A stretch of 64,000 bases of DNA, from the NCBI GenBank assembly GCA_902556285.1, contig CACDWD010000001.1, positions 31 to 64,030 of the forward strand. Direction: 5' to 3'. The notes under the pieces were generated by a model, which worked only from the letters and a program-made list of their open reading frames with translations, was not told the origin of the DNA and did not search any database. The first letter of the stretch is position 1; each line of letters begins with the position of its first letter. The position numbers and the translations under genes were made by a program. Origin of the DNA: an uncultured Pelagibacteraceae bacterium. GTDB taxonomy: Bacteria; Pseudomonadota; Alphaproteobacteria; Pelagibacterales; Pelagibacteraceae. Shown here piece by piece: positions 60,847-64,000 of the stretch.

Positions 60847-61053
60847 ATGCCAAAACTAAAAACAAAAAGCTCAGCAAAAAAAAGATTTAAAATATCCGCT
60901 AAGGGTAAAGTTATTTCTGCTCAAGCAGGTAAAAGACACGGCATGATCAAAAGAACGAATTCACAAATAAGAAAACTTAGAGGTACTACAACATTGTCTA
61001 AACAAGATGGAAAAATTGTTAAGTCATATATGCCTTACAGTTTAAGAGGTTAA
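60847..61053 (+). CDS. rpmI: 50S ribosomal protein L35
   Basis: [15 protein letters not shown]; precedes rplT. Confidence 0.96.
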   Translation: MPKLKTKSSAKKRFKISAKGKVISAQAGKRHGMIKRTNSQIRKLRGTTTLSKQDGKIVKSYMPYSLRG

Positions 61054-61055
61054 TA

Positions 61056-61412
61056 ATGGCAAGAGTTAAAAGAGGTGTAACTAGTAAAGCTAAACATAAA
61101 AAAGTTTTAAAAGCTGTAAAGGGTCAATGGGGCAGAAGAAAAAATACCATTAGAGTTGCTAAGCAAGCTATGGAAAAATCCATGCAATACGCTTACAGAG
61201 ACAGAAGAAATAAAAAAAGAGATTTTAAATCATTGTGGATACAAAGAATCAATGCTGGAGTAAGAGCTGAAGGCTTAACTTATTCAAAATTTATCAATGG
61301 TTTAAATAAATGTGGTATTGCAATAGATAGAAAAATTCTTGCTGAAATTGCTTACGATAGCCCAGAAGCATTCAAAACAATTGTACAAAAAGCTCAATCA
61401 GCTTTAAATTAA
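61056..61412 (+). CDS. rplT: 50S ribosomal protein L20
   Basis: [32 protein letters not shown]. Confidence 0.97.
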   Translation: MARVKRGVTSKAKHKKVLKAVKGQWGRRKNTIRVAKQAMEKSMQYAYRDRRNKKRDFKSLWIQRINAGVRAEGLTYSKFINGLNKCGIAIDRKILAEIAYDSPEAFKTIVQKAQSALN

Positions 61413-61455
61413 TCTTCGCTATTGTTTTTATTTCTTAAGGAAATAATCTACTAAT

Positions 61456-62523
61456 ATGTCAGAGATAAAAAATATTAGAGATCAGTTTATATCAAAGCTA
61501 GAAAATGATTTAAGCATTGATCAAATAAATGAAATCAAAACCGATCTCTTTGGTAAAAATGGTTTAATTTCATCAAAATTTAAAACAATAGGGTCAATTC
61601 CAGAGACTGATAGAAAAAAATTTGCATCAGATTTAAATCAAGTTAAAGATGAGCTTCAGAATTTAATAACTTCAAAAATTAAAGAGATAGAAGGAAAAAA
61701 GATAAACGAAAAATTAGAAAAGGAAAAAGTTGATATAACTTTACCTGAAAGACCATTCGTTAGAGGAAAAGTTCATCCGGTGTCACAAACTATTGATGAA
61801 ATTTCATCTATTTTTTCTGAAATAGGATTTAGTGTTGAGGAAGGGCCTGATGTTGAAAATGAACATAACAACTTTACTGCTTTAAACACACCGGATAATC
61901 ATCCAGCAAGAGATATGCATGATACATTTTACTTAGATGAAAACAAAGAAGTTTTGTTACGAACTCATACTTCGCCAGTTCAAATTAGAACTATGCTAAA
62001 AGACAAACCTCCATTTAAGATCATTGCTCCTGGGAGAACTTATAGATCTGATAGTGATCAAACACACGCACCAATGTTTCATCAAGTAGAAGGTTTGCAT
62101 ATTGACACAAATATTAATATGGGACATTTAAAAGGATGCTTGAATTATTTTATTAAAGAATTTTTTGAAGTCGAAAAAATTAAAATGAGATTTAGACCTA
62201 GTCATTTTCCATTTACAGAGCCATCTGCAGAAGTTGATATTGGTTATGAAATAAAAGATGGCAAAATAATTATTGGAGAAGGAGATAAGTGGCTTGAAAT
62301 TTTAGGCTGTGGCATGGTGCATCCTAATGTTTTAAAAAATGTAAAAGTAGATCCTTCTAAATATCAAGGATATGCCTTTGGCATAGGTATAGACCGATTA
62401 GCAATGCTAAAATACGGCATTAATGATTTAAGAGCGTTTTTTGATTGTGATTACAGATGGCTAAATCATTTTGGTTTTGATCCGCTTGATGTCCCTTCAA
62501 ATTACAGAGGTTTAAGCAGATGA
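61456..62523 (+). CDS. pheS: Phenylalanine-tRNA ligase alpha subunit
   Basis: [36 protein letters not shown]. Confidence 0.98.
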   Translation: MSEIKNIRDQFISKLENDLSIDQINEIKTDLFGKNGLISSKFKTIGSIPETDRKKFASDLNQVKDELQNLITSKIKEIEGKKINEKLEKEKVDITLPERPFVRGKVHPVSQTIDEISSIFSEIGFSVEEGPDVENEHNNFTALNTPDNHPARDMHDTFYLDENKEVLLRTHTSPVQIRTMLKDKPPFKIIAPGRTYRSDSDQTHAPMFHQVEGLHIDTNINMGHLKGCLNYFIKEFFEVEKIKMRFRPSHFPFTEPSAEVDIGYEIKDGKIIIGEGDKWLEILGCGMVHPNVLKNVKVDPSKYQGYAFGIGIDRLAMLKYGINDLRAFFDCDYRWLNHFGFDPLDVPSNYRGLSR

Positions 62524-64000
62524 AGATTACATATGATTGGCTAAAAGATCATTTAAAAATAAGTGCTAAAGAAGATAAACTTCTTGAGAAACTAACAGAC
62601 ATAGGTCTTGAGGTTGAGAGTATAGAAAATTTATCTGAAGGATTAGACTTATTTAGAGTAGCAAAAATTATTAAAACAGAAAAACATCCAAATGCAGATA
62701 GGCTTAAAGTTTGCGATGTTGATCTTGGTAATAATGAAATCAAAAAAGTTGTTTGTGGGGCTGCAAATGCAAGAGAGGGTCTTCTTACTGTTTATGCTCC
62801 ACCAGGTGCAATAATCCCAAAAAACAAAACTAAACTTGTTGTTGCTAAAATTAGAGATGTTACATCTTATGGAATGCTTTGTTCTGAATCTGAATTGAAT
62901 TTATCAGATGAAAGTGATGGAATTACTGAATTATCATCTTCGAAATATGCAAAAAATATTGGAAAAAGTTATTTTTCTAAACCAAGTTCTAATCTTATCG
63001 ATTTATCAATTACACCAAATAGACCAGACTGTCTTGGTGTTCGAGGGATAGCGAGAGATTTATCAGCCGCAGGTTTTGGAAACTTAAAACCAGAAAAAGA
63101 TAAAAAAATTAAATCTAATAAAAAACAGACCTTAAAAGTAAAAATAACAAAAGAAAAAAATCAAGGCTGTTTGTCTTTTGGCAGCTGCTTGATAACTAAC
63201 GTCAAAAATACAGAAAGTCCTCAATGGCTGAAAGATAAATTAATTTCTATAGGCCAAAAACCAATATCTGCAATTGTAGATATTACAAATTATGTAATGA
63301 TTGATATTAATCGTCCTTTGCACGCATATGATGCTAATAAAATTGATAAGGGAATAATTGTTAGAAATTCAAAATCAGGAGAAGAATTTACTGCTCTAGA
63401 TAATAAAAATTATAAACTAGATGATGGAATGTGTGTAATAAGTGATAATAAAGGTGTCTTAGGTCTAGGAGGAATTATTGGAGGAACAAGATCTGGTACA
63501 GAGTTAGATACAAAAAATGTTCTATTAGAATCTGCTTATTTTGATCCAAGATCAATTAGAAAAACTTCTAAAAAACTGAATATCGATACAGATGCTAAAT
63601 TTAGATTTGAAAGAGGTATTGATCAGTTATCTATAGAAGATGGATTAAATAAAGCAGCTTTTTTAATTAAAGAAATTTGTGGTGGTGAAATTAGTAAAAT
63701 AAATATTCAAAAAATCGAGTCTTATAAAAACAAAATAATAAAATTTGAACCTAGAACATTTGAAAAAATTACTGGTTTTAAAATTTCAACCAAAGAAATG
63801 ATAATCATTTTAGAAAAACTTGGGTTTAAATTAAAAAAAGAAAAAAACTTCTTTAAATTATCAGTTCCATCTTGGAGACCAGATATTGTTCAAGAAATTG
63901 ATATAGTTGAGGAACTTGTAAGAATTAGTGGCTATGAAAAAATAAAAATAGAAAATCCTATTAAAGTAAGATCAAAAAATACTTTAAATCCAACTCAAAA
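62520..64000 (+). CDS. pheT: Phenylalanine-tRNA ligase beta subunit, 3'-truncated by window edge
   Basis: Hand translation [12 protein letters not shown]...[11 protein letters not shown]...VCGAANAR...[10 protein letters not shown]...RFERG; ATGA overlap with pheS. Confidence 0.96.
   Translation, partial: MKITYDWLKDHLKISAKEDKLLEKLTDIGLEVESIENLSEGLDLFRVAKIIKTEKHPNADRLKVCDVDLGNNEIKKVVCGAANAREGLLTVYAPPGAIIPKNKTKLVVAKIRDVTSYGMLCSESELNLSDESDGITELSSSKYAKNIGKSYFSKPSSNLIDLSITPNRPDCLGVRGIARDLSAAGFGNLKPEKDKKIKSNKKQTLKVKITKEKNQGCLSFGSCLITNVKNTESPQWLKDKLISIGQKPISAIVDITNYVMIDINRPLHAYDANKIDKGIIVRNSKSGEEFTALDNKNYKLDDGMCVISDNKGVLGLGGIIGGTRSGTELDTKNVLLESAYFDPRSIRKTSKKLNIDTDAKFRFERGIDQLSIEDGLNKAAFLIKEICGGEISKINIQKIESYKNKIIKFEPRTFEKITGFKISTKEMIIILEKLGFKLKKEKNFFKLSVPSWRPDIVQEIDIVEELVRISGYEKIKIENPIKVRSKNTLNPTQ

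Noticed and set aside
589-62743. Many antisense or nested ORFs in the track (e.g. 589..1068, 4399..4917, 37892..38293, 53189..53503, 62549..62743)
   Set aside because: Shadow frames of well-supported genes, with no motifs or expression signals

Overview
AT-rich core-genome segment of a streamlined marine alphaproteobacterium. Gene content, gene order and very short intergenic spacers point to SAR11/Pelagibacterales (inference). In order, it holds: the 3' end of metK; nusA-infB-rbfA-rpsO-pnp; a sulfotransferase; fabA-fabB-fabI; an Irr-like regulator with rubrerythrin, an Fe-S oxidoreductase and a DUF3501-like gene; ubiE-ubiB-coaBC-dut-moeB; mutM, rpsT, dnaA-dnaN; argH-lipoprotein-lysA-plsC; tRNA-Leu(CAA) with a ~5.4 kb integrase-less island (pseI-like sugar genes) closed by a degenerate copy of the tRNA 3' end; an acyl-CoA ligase; helicase-TerB-fdxA-carD; acetoacetate-CoA ligase; tRNA-Arg(ACG); aceE-aceF; gltD-gltB; and thrS-infC-rpmI-rplT-pheS-pheT (partial). 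The most interesting signal is absent from the ORF track: a 29-aa histone-H1/protamine-like peptide gene (37171-37260). It has its own promoter, RBS, terminator and a double-GANTC palindrome, and it converges on a CarD with a Lys-rich N-terminal arm. Other highlights are a 32-aa membrane microprotein coupled to the rubrerythrin-associated oxidoreductase, a 65-bp degenerate direct repeat flanking the island methyltransferase, GANTC-containing repeats before dnaA, a terminator-like nusA leader and a lipoyl-E1 fusion. Product calls come from motif recognition only; no searches were run.
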